Shown piece by piece: positions 13,889-26,725 of a stretch of DNA of 64,000 bases. The stretch's first letter is position 1, and each line of letters opens with the position of its first letter. Source of the stretch: Tubiluchus corallicola (lineage: Eukaryota; Animalia; Priapulida); assembly GCA_030141605.1 (NCBI GenBank), contig JAQGDQ010000424.1, positions 124,001 through 188,000 on the forward strand. Direction: 5' to 3'. The translations under genes and the position numbers were made by a program. The notes beneath the pieces were generated by a model. That model saw only the letters and a program-made list of their open reading frames with translations, was not told where the DNA came from and did no database searches.

Positions 13889-14269
13889 TTAACAAACGCC
13901 CAAATTTTTCGCAAAACAAAATATCTTTATCTACATAGACATGTATGTATATTGTTGTGTCTCGTTTTAATGCCATACTAGTTTAATGCCAACTTTGTCT
14001 GGAGTCTCAACTTAGGCGAGGAGGTTTGACTGCATATGATTTTTTTTCATTTATTTGTTTGGGATTTATTACATAAATTAGTACAGCTATCTAATAATTC
14101 AAATACACAAAACCCATTCCTCAATCATTGCTATATATACGTTGTACCAAAAAACTTTTTTGCTTTACATAAATTTCACTATTGCAGGCAACACTAATGC
14201 TAAGTGCTTTATTTACTAATTGTTTCTAATAGACATTACCTAGTTTATTTTTTTGTATTTATTCTCTAG

Positions 14270-14316
14270 AGCCAAATTCTAAGACGATCACCGAGAGGAA
14301 GTTTCGTTCGGCCATG
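14270..14316 (+). CDS. MADD: MADD exon
   Basis: Acceptor ttctctag, donor gtgagt. (E)PNSKTITERKFRSAM aligns to MADD VPEIKEVVSHKYKTPM. Phase 1 in, phase 0 out. Confidence 0.88.
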
Positions 14317-14762
14317 GTGAGTTTTCTTTCATTTTTCTAGGTTGTGAACCTTTGTCTTCGCAACGTTGACTTCACAGCCGTCAGAGTTGTAATTTGCCCC
14401 GATTTTAGCGACAAGAGTTTGAATACAACGGTGCGCTTCCTGTCTGCTATCATCAAACAGAGAAAGAGTTGATTTTTTTAAAGACGTTGCTACTAGTATT
14501 AGAAATGATAGTGATAATGATACGGTATGCATTAGTGCTGTGAATGGATGTTATGGTAGTGAGTGCGTTAATGTCATTATATGTGCGGGGTGCGGTCAAT
14601 TCCAGGATATTTTTGAAAAGTGCCACAAGTAGTTTCAACTAATAGAATTTGTGTGGGACTTTGTTAAACGTAGCCCTGTACTGTTCGTTTGTAAACTGTC
14701 TAACTTTATACAAAATGCGAAAAATTTATCCGGCCAAAAACAACCTTAAACATCCAGCCTTT

Positions 14763-16188
14763 ATTAAACTTCACAACTGGTGCAGAATTGTACATTAGAA
14801 AAGCTATGACATTTTACATTAAACTTTACAAGTAGTGCGGAATTATGCATTGGAAAAGCTATGACATTTTACATTAAACTTTACAAGTAGTGCGGAATTA
14901 TACATTAGAAAAGCTATGACATTTTACATTAAACTTTACAAGTAGTGCAGAATTGTACATTAGAAAAGCTATGACATTTTACATTAAACTTTACAAGTAG
15001 TGCGGAATTATGCATTGGAAAAGCTATGACATTTTACATTAAACTTTACAAGTAGTGCGGAATTATACATTAGAAAAGCTATGACATTTTACATTAAACT
15101 TTACAAGTAGTGCAGAATTATACATTAGAAAAGCTATGACATTTTACATTAAACTTTACAAGTAGTGCGGAATTATGCATTGGAAAAGCTATGACATTTT
15201 ACATTAAACTTTACAAGTAGTGCGGAATTATACATTAGAAAAGCTATGACATTTTACATTAAACTTTACAAGTAGTGCAGAATTGTACATTAGAAAAGCT
15301 ATGACATTTTACATTAAACTTTACAAGTAGTGCGGAATTATGCATTGGAAAAGCTATGACATTTTACATTAAACTTTACAAGTAGTGCGGAATTATACAT
15401 TAGAAAAGATATGACATTTTACATTAAACTTTACAAGTAGTGCAGAATTATGCATCATAAAAGCTATGACATTTTACATTAAACTTTACAAGTAGTGCAG
15501 AATTATACATTAGAAAAGCTATGACATTTTACATTAAACTTTACAAGTAGTGTGGCATTATGCACTATAAAAACTATGACATTTTACATTAAACTTTACA
15601 AGTAGTGCGGAATTATGCATTGGAAAAGCTATGACATTTTACATTTAACTTTACAAGTAGTGCGGAATTATACATTAGAAAAGCTATGACATTTTCCATT
15701 TAACTTTACAAGTAGTGCGGCATTATGCATTAGAAAAGCTATGGCATTTTACATTAAACTTTACATGTAGTGCGGAATTGTGCATTAGAAAAGCTATGAC
15801 ATTTTACATTAAACTTTATAAGTAGTGCAGAATTATACATTAGAAAAGCTATGACATTTTACATTAAACTTTACAAGTAGTGCAGAATTATGCTTTAGAA
15901 AAGCTATGACATTTTACATTAAACTTTGCAAGTAGTGCAGAATTATGCATTAGAAAAGCTATGACATTTTACATTAAACTTTACAAGTAGTGCAGAATTA
16001 TACATTAGAAAAGCTATGACATTTTACATTAAACTTTACAAGTAGTGCAGAATTATACATTAGAAAAGCTATGACATTTTACATTAAACTTTACAAGTAG
16101 TGCAGAATTATACATTAGAAAAGCTATGACATTTTACATTAAACTTTACAAGTAGTGCGGCATTATGCATTAGAAAAGCTATGACATT
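14763..16188. repeat. 55-bp minisatellite, ~26 copies
   Basis: Unit acattaaactttacaagtagtgcggaattatacattagaaaagctatgacatttt. Confidence 0.96.
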
Positions 16189-18344
16189 GTGCAAGCAAGA
16201 AGTTGGAATGGAATTTTGCTTTTTGCTAAATAAAATAAGCCGTATGGTCCCGGCTTTGTTTACTGAATATGTGTGCTGTTATTGCAGTTGGTGCTAATAC
16301 GCATAGCACCATTTTATTTTTATCTCTCCAACACGTCTTTGCTAAACGTTGTTGGCATATTTCAGCAGAGTCAGGTAGACAAATTTCAAAATCTTTTCAG
16401 AATCATAAATCTTTCCTATTCGAAACTAACATTTTGCATTCTTGCAAGTTCTATCAGTAGGAATCCAAGCTGTAGTCATCCGGTGTTTACTAAATTTTTG
16501 CACTCTGCTTTCCAACTCCTGATAATAGATGTCACTTTTCCTTAGTAAATCAGTAAAGCATCAGATGAGACATGACACCGTCACTGTGTTTTTTCCTAGC
16601 TGCCAGCTCTGAACAATTTCACTTTGTGAATTTAGACAACTATGGAATGAGTATAAACGTAATTGTACCATTGGGGTTTCCAGGCAATGTATTGGTTACT
16701 CAAGTGAACGGGTTAATTTTGGTGAAATGGTGGTCACACGCAGGCTTGCCACATTAATTGTAGTGACCACACATTGTTTTGGTAGCGGAGTGCGGATTTT
16801 TTGTGTGGTGTGTGAGGCCGTGTGATGATTTAATGAGTCAAGTGATGTTTGAAATCATGCATTGAACACAATGCACATTATGCACACATTCATTAACGAG
16901 TCGCTGTGTGCATTATTCGAAAAATTCGGTAACTTAAACGGCCACAAGATGGCTCCGGTGGTGTTGGTGGTGGTGGCGCCTCTACTCTCCTCCTGCCCAC
17001 TCTAACATATCTGAGTTGGTGCATGCATTAGTTTCTTTGTTCTGCTAGTTTTCTCTAGTGCGGTGCTTCTCAAACCACGACTAGTTTAGCTTATGGCTGG
17101 TTCACACTGCCAAGGTGCAGCCCGGACCAAGATCTGTTCACACTAGGTCCGTATGGAAACTATTCTGGGTCCTTGCGGTTTTTCTTAAATCGGTTGTGTT
17201 AATTGATGATGAAAAATTATCAAAAGCAGTGGCAGATAAAGAATATTTGGCATTTAAATGTGATCAACAAAGGTCTCGCTCGTAACGAAGTCCGTGTAAA
17301 AATAAAAGATGGAAAACCGTCCTTTTTTTCGGGGGAAAAGCGGAAATCTTTCGGCTTACACGTGTTAAAACATTTACTGTAGGAATGACAATAAACGATT
17401 TTTTTAATTTTTTGCCAAATTTGGCATTTTGCCCTTTTGATCTTTGAGAAGCACCAATCTAGGCTAGTTTCTAGCTGAGTGGTTGTAGATGATAATAGAG
17501 AATGTTCATACTGTTCAAGGTACTGTTCACGCTGTTCAGGATGTGCATACTGTTCAACGCATGTTTTCTGAATCCTTGAACCATTCCTACCCCCCTTCTG
17601 TAGGCTTGTAGCAGTTTCTGTAGATTAATACTAGTTACGGTGTTGTAAGCTGTGCCGCTAATGCTGCTGTTAGAGTAATTATTGATTTTTTGGTGATCAG
17701 CTCTGGTGGCGGTGCTTTTCTGCGTCTTTATAATCTTCTTTCATCATATTTTTAAAGCACTGTAATGCATTGTAATTTCACTGACATTTTAATGCAGAAC
17801 AGAACTTTATTTAATACTAAATTCTCCTTACGTTAATTGTTTATTGTCATAAAGTAAGTTCATCATACGCCTGTCGCGTCTATGTAGACTTGCAGGCAGA
17901 ATTGTAAAATAAAAGAAATCTGCCTTCAGACAGGTAAACGCAGCAGTAATCCAGCAAAAAAGCTAGACACTGCTACGCCAGTGGCTTGTCAGCACCACTT
18001 CCGTTAAATAAAGTAAGACAAGACAAGTCAAATGCATACAATGAGGGAAATCTTTAATGCATGCCATTGGGATTCAAAAAAGCTTATAGGTGGACCTAGA
18101 AAGTATTATTTTGTGAGGTGGACACTGGGAAATGTTAACCGTTTATAGTAAACATAATTAAAGTGTCTGTATAATCTGTATTTAAGAATCAGTATACCGT
18201 GCAAGTTGTGATAACAACAGGTTAAACTTTGCTGTTCAATTCAGGATGAAACTTTCATTGTTGTTTTATAAGAATCACCTTTTTGTCTTTTCTTCATTGA
18301 TTACCTTTTACGAAAACTCGTACTGTTTGTGTCTCCCTCTGTAG

Positions 18345-18527
18345 GCGGATAAGCTAATCCTCGCCGTTCATCGGGTATTTTCCGTCCAACCGGAACTGTT
18401 TATTCCAGACCGCTTAGCAAAATCTAGTCGGGCCAGAGAGCGTATGAAACTGTGTTTTACCTGCGCAAATTCTCACCAGCATTGTTTAGCCGTAACCATG
18501 GTGACGGACTCTGTACAGTGGAAATAA
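18345..18527 (+). CDS. MADD: Candidate alternative terminal exon of MADD, similar to the 25674 exon
   Basis: Strong acceptor tgtgtctccctctgtag in phase 0. Reads ADKLILAVHRVFSVQPELFIPDR...QWK*. The first 13 residues align with ADHICYSVLCIFS. The 3' end is uncertain (possible internal donor gtatga near 18442). Confidence 0.5.
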   Translation, partial: ADKLILAVHRVFSVQPELFIPDRLAKSSRARERMKLCFTCANSHQHCLAVTMVTDSVQWK

Positions 18528-19976
18528 GTTTCCGTTTTGTCGTTTTTACAAAATTTCGTGTACTAGAAATAACCATTTTAACTGTTAGAGAGTAACAGTC
18601 ATTTTAATGACACAAAATATGCAATTAATATTCCTCAGCAATAGCTGAAACAAATCTTTGTGTAATTTTTCTTTCACAATGGAGGAAATCTTTAGTGTTA
18701 GCAGTTGTGAAAAGTCAAATACGTAAAAATAATTAATGATTCATCTGTTATTACATCAGACTATTTAAGAATCAGTGTAAAACGGTCAAATTTTCGTACT
18801 GATCGCACTCTGTCTGTGCACTTGTTTTATACATTCATTTGATCAATGTCTGTAAAATTTTCATTGGTAAGTTACAAAAGGGTTAAATGTTTAACAACCC
18901 CCTCCCCCCAAAAGACTGTTAACTTCAAAAATTTAGCTGATTTTGGTAAACAATGTTCCAAATTTTAATTTGCTATGTTGGGATTTCTTTCTCGTTTAAC
19001 GATTATGAGGCGTTTCTTCGTTTCCTGTCAAGTTTTCGCTTTTTGCCTGAACGATATAAAACTGATAAACATTGGCGTGGCTTATGCTGACTGTGCAGTC
19101 GTCATGGTTACGGCATCTATTTGGTGAGAATTTGTCAAACTTTTGTGCTTAACAATTTTTCGATAATTGTTCAGTATGTATGCATCGTAGATTAGAAAGC
19201 TTAGTGTGGCTACCTTCTGTGCATTGCCTTCCTATTTGTCTGCATGTCAGAAATGCTCGTTGCTTCGCTTGAATCTGGCTGCCTGTTACCCGTAGAAATT
19301 TTTCTAACGTGCATCTGTATTTCTTACCCAAACTACCATGTAATTTTAATTACGATGTGTCTAGCAACGAAATAGAATGTTTTTTCAGTTTTGATGTTGA
19401 AATCTGAGTCGACACCACCACCATCTAGTAATGAAAAATTTACCATGAGTTAAAATACATGTATGTTGCCGTACTTTGTGCGTGATAAATCGTGTCTTTA
19501 TGCCTGAAGCGTACTCTTGTATTTCCGTAATTTTGAGTGGTGTAAAACAACTCATTGGATGTTTACGACCTGGTGCAGCAAGGCATGTGAGCACAGCTTA
19601 ACGTCCTTCAAAATTATAATAAGAACCTGGCTTCAGGAGAGAAGTGTGATTTTTTAAAATCTTGATGGTGGAGTTGTTTTCATTTTATCCCGCTTAGACA
19701 ACATCTCAAGTAGCAACAAACGACAGACTTCACCTTACAAACCGTGCAAATTAATCTTAAAGAAATAGCACTATTTTGCTGTTTATTGCAAACGAAATCC
19801 TCACGTTCCAATACATCCGTAGTGAAAAAACAGTGTTACCAAAGTTTGAGGGGCCGTAGACCATAGCCTACTCTAGGTATAGGATAATCCGTGCACCGTA
19901 AACTGTAGCATAAAATAAAAGAGAAATTAGCATAGCCAATTAAATGCTTTGAGCTCGGCTTCTGCCAAAGTATTAA

Positions 19977-21019
19977 GAGTCATTCCGCGAGAAAACCATG
20001 CAAAAGTCAAAAAATAGTGGAAGGTGACAAATCACCGATTTTGTTCATATTCACAGGGTTGGATGATCCCCTCAGATGTACCCCACAGCCAAAATATTAG
20101 ATATCAAAAATGAGCCGTTTCGGAGATAGGCCGCCATTTTGATTTTTTTCGGATTTTGGCCATTTTGACGTAAAAAAATGACCTATATTTGTCACATCAT
20201 TACAGGCAGTAAATGAATGATCCAGGACTAGTTGCTGTGTGGTATATATAGTAGGGGTCTTGCCCTATTGCCACATTGAGTTTGATGAATTGAGATTCTC
20301 TTTCAGTAGGTATGATGAGCTCATGAAAGATGCGTGTCTGCTACAGTCTGAATGACACCCTGTTTTAAAATTCTCATAACTCCACTGGGGCGGGTATTTG
20401 AAGTATAATTAATATATGTTTATTTACAGCTTGACCAGGCATACTTAGATCATTAATAAAATTTTGGCCAGCTCGTCCATAAATTGACGAGATTCGATCT
20501 TGAATGTGACCTAAATCGAAAAAAAATTAGTACGAATTATTCATAATTCTGAATAAAAAAATGAAAATTTCAAAAAGAAACGATAAATTACAGTTTCTGT
20601 CTCTCTGTCTCTCTGTGTCTCTCTGTGTCTCTCTTTGTCTCTCTCTTTGTCTCTCTCTGTCTCTCCGTGTCTCTCTCTGTCTCTCTGTGTCTCTCTCTGT
20701 CTCTGTCTCTCTGTGTCTCTCTCTGTCTCTCTGTGTCTCTCTCTGTCTCTCTGTGTCTCTCTCTCTGTCTCGGTCTCTCTGTGTCTCTCTGTGTCTCTCT
20801 CTGTGTCTCTGTCTCTGTCTCTCTGTGTCTCTCTCTGTCTCTCTGTGTCTCTCTCTGTCTCTCTGTGTGTCTCTCTGTCTCTCTGTGTCTCTCTCTGTCT
20901 CTCTGTGTCTCTCTGTATCTCTCTCTATCTCTCTGTGTCTCTATGTATCTCTCTCTGTCTCTCTGTGTCTCTCTCTGTCTGTCTCTGTCTCTCTGTGTCT
21001 CTCTCTGTCTCCCTGTGTC

Positions 21020-21086
<67 letters not shown>

Positions 21087-22837
21087 GTGTGTCTCTTCTG
21101 TCTCTCTCTGTCTCTGTGTCTCTCTCTCTCTCTGTCTCTCTCCGTCTCTTTCTGTCTCTCTCTCTGTCTCTCTGTGTCTCTCTCTGTCTCTGTGTGTGTC
21201 TCTCTCTGTCTCTGTCTCTCTCTGTCTCTATGTGTCTCTCTCTGTCTCTGTCTCTCTCTGTCTCTCTCCGTGTCTCTCTGTGTCTCTTTTGATAAGGAGG
21301 TTACCATAGCAACACATAGTAGCAGCTTACTGTATGTATTATCAATTATTAGCTTATTATTATTTACTATAGTGCGACTTTTCATTGAATATTGGCGAAT
21401 AAAAAATTGTCGTGGACGTAAAGAATTTGTTGTTGTCTTTTTGTTATTTTGAAAATTTGCGATTATAAGCGTCAGCGCCCTGATTCTCGTTAGAGTTTAG
21501 TTGAATATGGTAGTCGGTGTATATGCGTATATCTTTACGAGACGGTGGAAACCTGGCGGTTAAATACAATATGAGCGAATGGCTTGAAACATACGTTGCA
21601 CAGAGTCGGAATTAGTATGTAACGGCCGAGGCAGGGTCGTACTGGCCTTTGCTGCTTTTCTTAACCAGTTTTTCAGAAGTCTGGTTGTCGAAGCTGCCAA
21701 AGTTGCCACACCAGGGTATTAGTAACTAACTAACTATTAACTCGAATTGATTTGAGGAAAAATATCAGGGACTGTCAACTATTCGCCTGTTGAATACAAG
21801 ACCACACAAAGCTGTGCGCATTTTAAAAATTGGCTCGCAACATGTTATATTCGATGCTCGCGGCGGTTTCAACACAATTTCACAAATAGTGCCTTGCCTC
21901 GCCTTGTCTGCCTTACTTTAGAATCTTGTTCAGCAAAGCGACACTAAACCCTTTTGACTGAAGTCTATTTTTCAGTCAAGACAGTGGGGCCCTCCCGAGG
22001 CCCCCGTATTGATCCACGGGCCATAGGTATATAGCCCGAGCACTTGTACACGAAACTGTTATTATGTACATGAAACTATTCCGTGTTTTATACAGATTAT
22101 AAAAATCACTATGTTGTAATCGTCAAAGGGGCCCTTCGAAGGGAATGCCCTGATGAGGGGCATGGTTGCTAGGAGTGCCCAGACATCTAAAGCCAGTCCA
22201 TTACTACTATAAACATTGACGTCGCTGCACTTTGTCTCGATTCTAATGGCAACACCGTCATCCAAAGGCGAATAGCTAAATATAGGTCAAGGTTGTGAAA
22301 ATGGCAAAAAAGAGCAACTTTGGCTAAAAATTCTGGACTCTTGGGAGATCGCTGGCCAAAATTTTATTTCATGCATTTGTAGAACTAGTCAAGCTGCAAA
22401 TAAAAATATATTGATTAGTCCCCCAATACCCGCCCCAGTGGAGTTATGGGGATTTCAAAATGGCGTCTAAATTCAGCAGCAGCAGACACGTATCTTTTGC
22501 AATCTGATGACACCAACTGAAAAGGAGGTTCAACTTGGCAACGATAATGGTACGGTAGGGTAAGACCCCTACTATATATATCACCAATTAACTAGTGCTG
22601 GATCGCTCATTTACTGTCTGTAATAACGTGAGAAATAATGGGCAATTTTTTATGCCAAAATGGCCAAAATCCGAAAAAAAATCAAAATGGCGGTTTTTCT
22701 CAGAAACGGCTCATTTCTGAAATCTAATATTTTGGCTGTGGGGTACATCTGAGGGGACCATCAAACCCTGTGAATATGAACAAAATCGGTGATTTGTCAC
22801 CTTCCACTATTTTGCTGATTTTCTCACGGAATGACTC
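19977..22837. mobile_element. Non-autonomous Sola3-like DNA transposon with ~500-bp TIRs
   Basis: TTAA|GAGTCATTCCG ... CGGAATGACTC|TTAA. About 19977-20500 is an inverted repeat of about 22320-22837. TTAA duplication, GAG/CTC termini and long TIRs are the described Sola3 hallmarks. No transposase ORF. Confidence 0.8.
20596..21288. repeat. ~700-bp compound (CT)n/(CTGT)n microsatellite
   Basis: Direct reading. Source of the spurious SLSLC and RETER ORFs. Confidence 0.97.
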
Positions 22838-23420
22838 TTAAGGTGTAAATCTGAGTTGACACGAATATCTGGTGCGCTGACTGCCTTGCTGCATCTGCAG
22901 AAATTGTGCTGTGTGTTGAGACTTATGCGTGTTTTGACTAGTTTTGTTTGAAATTAATCAAGAATGGTACTGTGCTGTTACACTGGATGTATGTTAAAAG
23001 ATTGTTTATATGTTGCAAAATTACTTATATTATATAATTTGGTAGACTAAGACAAAGCTGCCTGGAAATTAATTTGCATCTGCAACATTTGAACAAAAAA
23101 GCCTGTCGTAAAAGTTTAGTTTCTCTACAATCTACACCATGCAAAGTAAGATTTGAAACTTAAATGTCCTTACAGAAGTAAAGAAAAATACCACCAAAAT
23201 TCGTGTCTTAAATACATAAAAAGATTCTGTCTATCTGCAATTTCTGCATTTATGGACAAAACTTTACACTTCAATACTGGCATTCATAAAGGTAGCAGAA
23301 TAGTGTGTAATTAGTTACACCTACATTCTATAAGTTACTTTCATCGACAATGTGGTGATCTGTGACCACTTGTATGCCCCATAAGCCATGTAAGAGACTA
23401 TCCGTAGCTGTTTGCAGGTA

Positions 23421-23890
23421 CAGTCAACCTCGGGTATAAGGTACTCGCTTATAAACGACCACCAACACTGATCCCGATTTTTCGTAACGTTTTTCCTATG
23501 TAAAAATCTTCGTATATAATGTACTCGGATATAAGGGACTTTTGGTTATAAGGGACGATATCTAATAGAGACCCAGGTAAATTACCTCGCATATAAGGGA
23601 CCCTATGATCAAAGCGAAATTGATCGATCTTCAACCTCAATTTTTCGCAAACTCGGCTTTCAAACAGCTCAGTTTCCGCGGTCACATACATCTCACATCA
23701 CTGAACGAGCTTCCTACATACCGTCTGCATTGAATGTGTAGCAATAATCCATAAAAATATGGGTAAAAGTACAGAAAAGTGCAGGTCTAGATACACCCTC
23801 GCTCTGACTTAACTTCGGCAAGAAGGGACATCGGATATAATGGACAGTTTTTCCGGTCCCCGAGGTGTCCCTTATATCCGAGGTTGACTA
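23421..23890. mobile_element. pogo/Tigger-like MITE, second copy
   Basis: TA|cagtcaacctcgggtataagg ... ccttatatccgaggttgact. Colinear with 6825-7291. Confidence 0.8.
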
Positions 23891-25673
23891 CACTTCCTTG
23901 ACAATGTGATTTAAATGCCCCAAAATCATGTAAGAGACTATCCATAGGTGTTTATAGGTATATGTCCATGTATCTACATTATATCAACAAAAGAAACAAA
24001 AACATATAGTCTAAAAGTTGTTTGTGATCAAAGCTACGTAAAAACCATGTAGTATGATGTGTCTCTGTAGTCACAATATGCAAAAAAGTGCTGAATAATC
24101 TTTTCTACAAAATGTGACCTGCGATTAAATGTAAGAAGAACCTTGGATTACAATATGTCTGTGCAGTTAAAATTTATGAACAGGCATCTTAAGTAACCAG
24201 ATGCATCTAAAAACGTGACTTATGATCAAGAGTATCAGTGCCCCCATGCAAGACATTTCTGCTCATGTGGAACATAAGAATAAAAGCTTTGAATAATCAC
24301 TTGTATCTACAAACACGTGAATTGTGACCAAAAGTATCATAGACCATGCAAAAAGTACATCTGTGCATCTACAACATTTTTATTTATTTTTATATAAGAA
24401 CATTTATAAAATATTTTTTTTTTGATAAAATAAAATGGCAGCAGGCACACAGCACTTATGCTAGCCATATGATACAATATAAACGATTTACAATACATTT
24501 ACAATCACAGTTATAAACAAATACAAAAACTTAAAAACCTAAAAAACCTTAAAAGAAACTTGAAACGGAGAGACACTACATACAATAAAGAACAATAGCT
24601 TACATAAAACGACTAAAATGGCAGTAGCTTAAAAAATTGCAGCGTGTTAGTCTGCTGTTGAAAATGACAATGTTTGGCGCATTAACCATGTCATAACATC
24701 TGAACAAAAGTGTCCAATAAACACTTTCATAGATCTACAAAGTGTAACTTGTGTGATCAGATGTCACAAAAACCATGAAAGACAATATATCCATGATGCA
24801 CTTGCAAGGCATTTGAAAACACTTGCATCTGTAATATCGCAACTTTAGTGCCTGCAAAAATGAATCTTCACTTAATTACTCGTAATACTGTATCATGTCC
24901 ATCTTATTTCATTTTCCACCAAGTGAAAATCAGTTAGTATACATTATGATCAAACAATTTGTAATCAGTTTCCTGTTTTGCACCAATGTAAACAAAGACA
25001 CCACAAAAGTAAATTAGGCATGCATTATGTGTCCATAGACAATACATCCTTAAAAGGCATTGGCTCGTTGTGCTTCATAATGTGTAAAAGATGTGTAGTG
25101 GAAAGCAGTCTAAGCAGTGTTTGAAGGCAAATAAAACAGATCAAATATATTACAACATTTTCTGCTCTTCACATACAATTATATTGTGCCTTTAAAAATG
25201 TCTCGGCAGAAACTGAAAAACTCTTCAGCTGCTAGAAGCTTTTCCAGGCATTTTTGTGTTAACTCTACCAAGATTTTGTGATAACAACATCTCTCTATTA
25301 GTCTGACATTAAAGAATTGTGATCGTAGCTTCTTAAAAATATCGACTGGCAGATGGCATAAGAACCCAAATCAACTCAGATATTCATAAATGAACGTGTG
25401 ATTTTGTGATAGTAACATTTCTGTGACCTTTATCAAGTTTTTGGGTTGCTGAATGTAATTGAGTACTCATATTAACCATTGTTGTAGGTTGTGGTTGTGA
25501 TTTTACAATAACAAGTTGTAGTTACTCTCTATTATGGCTACTAATGTGCCGTGATTTCACATGAATTATAAGTTGATACAATCACCTTCAGGAACCATCT
25601 GCCAGTAGTGCTAAAGCTAATGTAACAACTTGAGTTGGTAATAAAAACTTCACTTTATTTTTTATCTATTCAG

Positions 25674-25829
25674 GCTGACCACATTTGTTACTCCGTGCTG
25701 TGCATCTTTTCCTACGTCGCCGCCGGAACGGACAAGCAGAAGCAAGAAGAGGCCATCTCCAGAAACAAGGAGGCGTTGAAGGCCAGAATAGAGGGTTCCG
25801 TGTCGAGGCCCAAGTTCCCGCAGTATTAG
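25674..25829 (+). CDS. MADD: MADD terminal coding exon
   Basis: Acceptor tttatctattcag. ADHICYSVLCIFSYVAAGTDKQKQEEAISRNKEALKARIEGSVSRPKFPQY* matches MADD AHEICYSVLCLFSYVAA. Confidence 0.95.
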   Translation, partial: ADHICYSVLCIFSYVAAGTDKQKQEEAISRNKEALKARIEGSVSRPKFPQY

Positions 25830-25934
25830 TTTGGACGACCTGCAGTATGGCCTACAGGAAGTGTGGTGAATGAACAACCACGGCTGTTTTCTGTGGTTAA
25901 AAAAATCCTTCACATTCCTAGAGTTTTTCGTTGG

Positions 25935-26067
25935 TAAAATTACAGAGGGAGGGAGAGAGAGAGAGAGAGAGAGAGGGGGGGGAGAGAATTGAAGAAGTAA
26001 CTATGGTACTGCGAGTGAGATTGTAACTGTGATGTCACTTCCCGTGGAAAATTACAGAGGAAGAGGC

Positions 26068-26139
<72 letters not shown>

Positions 26140-26245
26140 GAGAGAAATGAAGAAGTAACTATGGTACTGCGAGTGAGATTGTAACTGTGATGTCACTTCC
26201 AGTGTGATGTCTCCTCCACTGTGATGTCACTTCCCGTAGAAAATT
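25935..26245. repeat. (GA)n tracts within a local tandem duplication in the MADD 3' UTR region
   Basis: aaaattacagagg(ag)n-gaagaagtaactatggtactgcgagtgagattgtaactgtgatgtcacttcc occurs twice. Confidence 0.85.
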
Positions 26246-26719
26246 AGCAGCTAATTTGCTATTGGTTATTCAATTTTGTCCGAGTGAATGACGATCTTTG
26301 TTGATCCTCGCCGATTCTACTGCAGTATTTACATCTTATATTGGACCTTAAACATTTGATTACTAAGTACCCGGTACTGACGTACCAAATGGGTCTGTGT
26401 ATTTAACTATGTTACTGACAAACATTCCATAAGTTATATTGTAAGGACTTGCAATACAATACCACAAATGTCATTGTTAACCAAAGAGTATATATTAGTA
26501 CTTGTACTGTGATTACTGTGTAAATTTAAACAAAATGAATCTATCTAGTATTGCTCTGTAGAGCCTTGTGGAGCCTCAGTTTTATTTATAAAATCTATAC
26601 ATTATTATTGATAATTGGTTACTGGGCGTAGTTGCAATGTTCTCATGATGTTCGAGTATATATATATATATTTTATTATTACTTTTTTGATTCGATGTTA
26701 TGCTTTCCTCTGCCTATGT

Positions 26720-26725
26720 AATAAA
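26720..26725 (+). terminator. Putative MADD polyadenylation signal (duplicated at 31646-31651)
   Basis: AATAAA followed by a GT/T-rich tract (ttgttggtttgtttgtattttgg), about 0.9 kb after the MADD stop. Confidence 0.45.

Noticed and set aside
4305-16188. Regular short repeats (22, 34 and 55 bp) resembling CRISPR arrays
   Set aside because: Units are head-to-tail with no unique spacers, there are no cas genes, and they lie in introns of an animal gene.
20561-21452. Long ORFs (SLSLCVS..., RETERD...)
   Set aside because: Translations of a CT/GT microsatellite inside a transposon.
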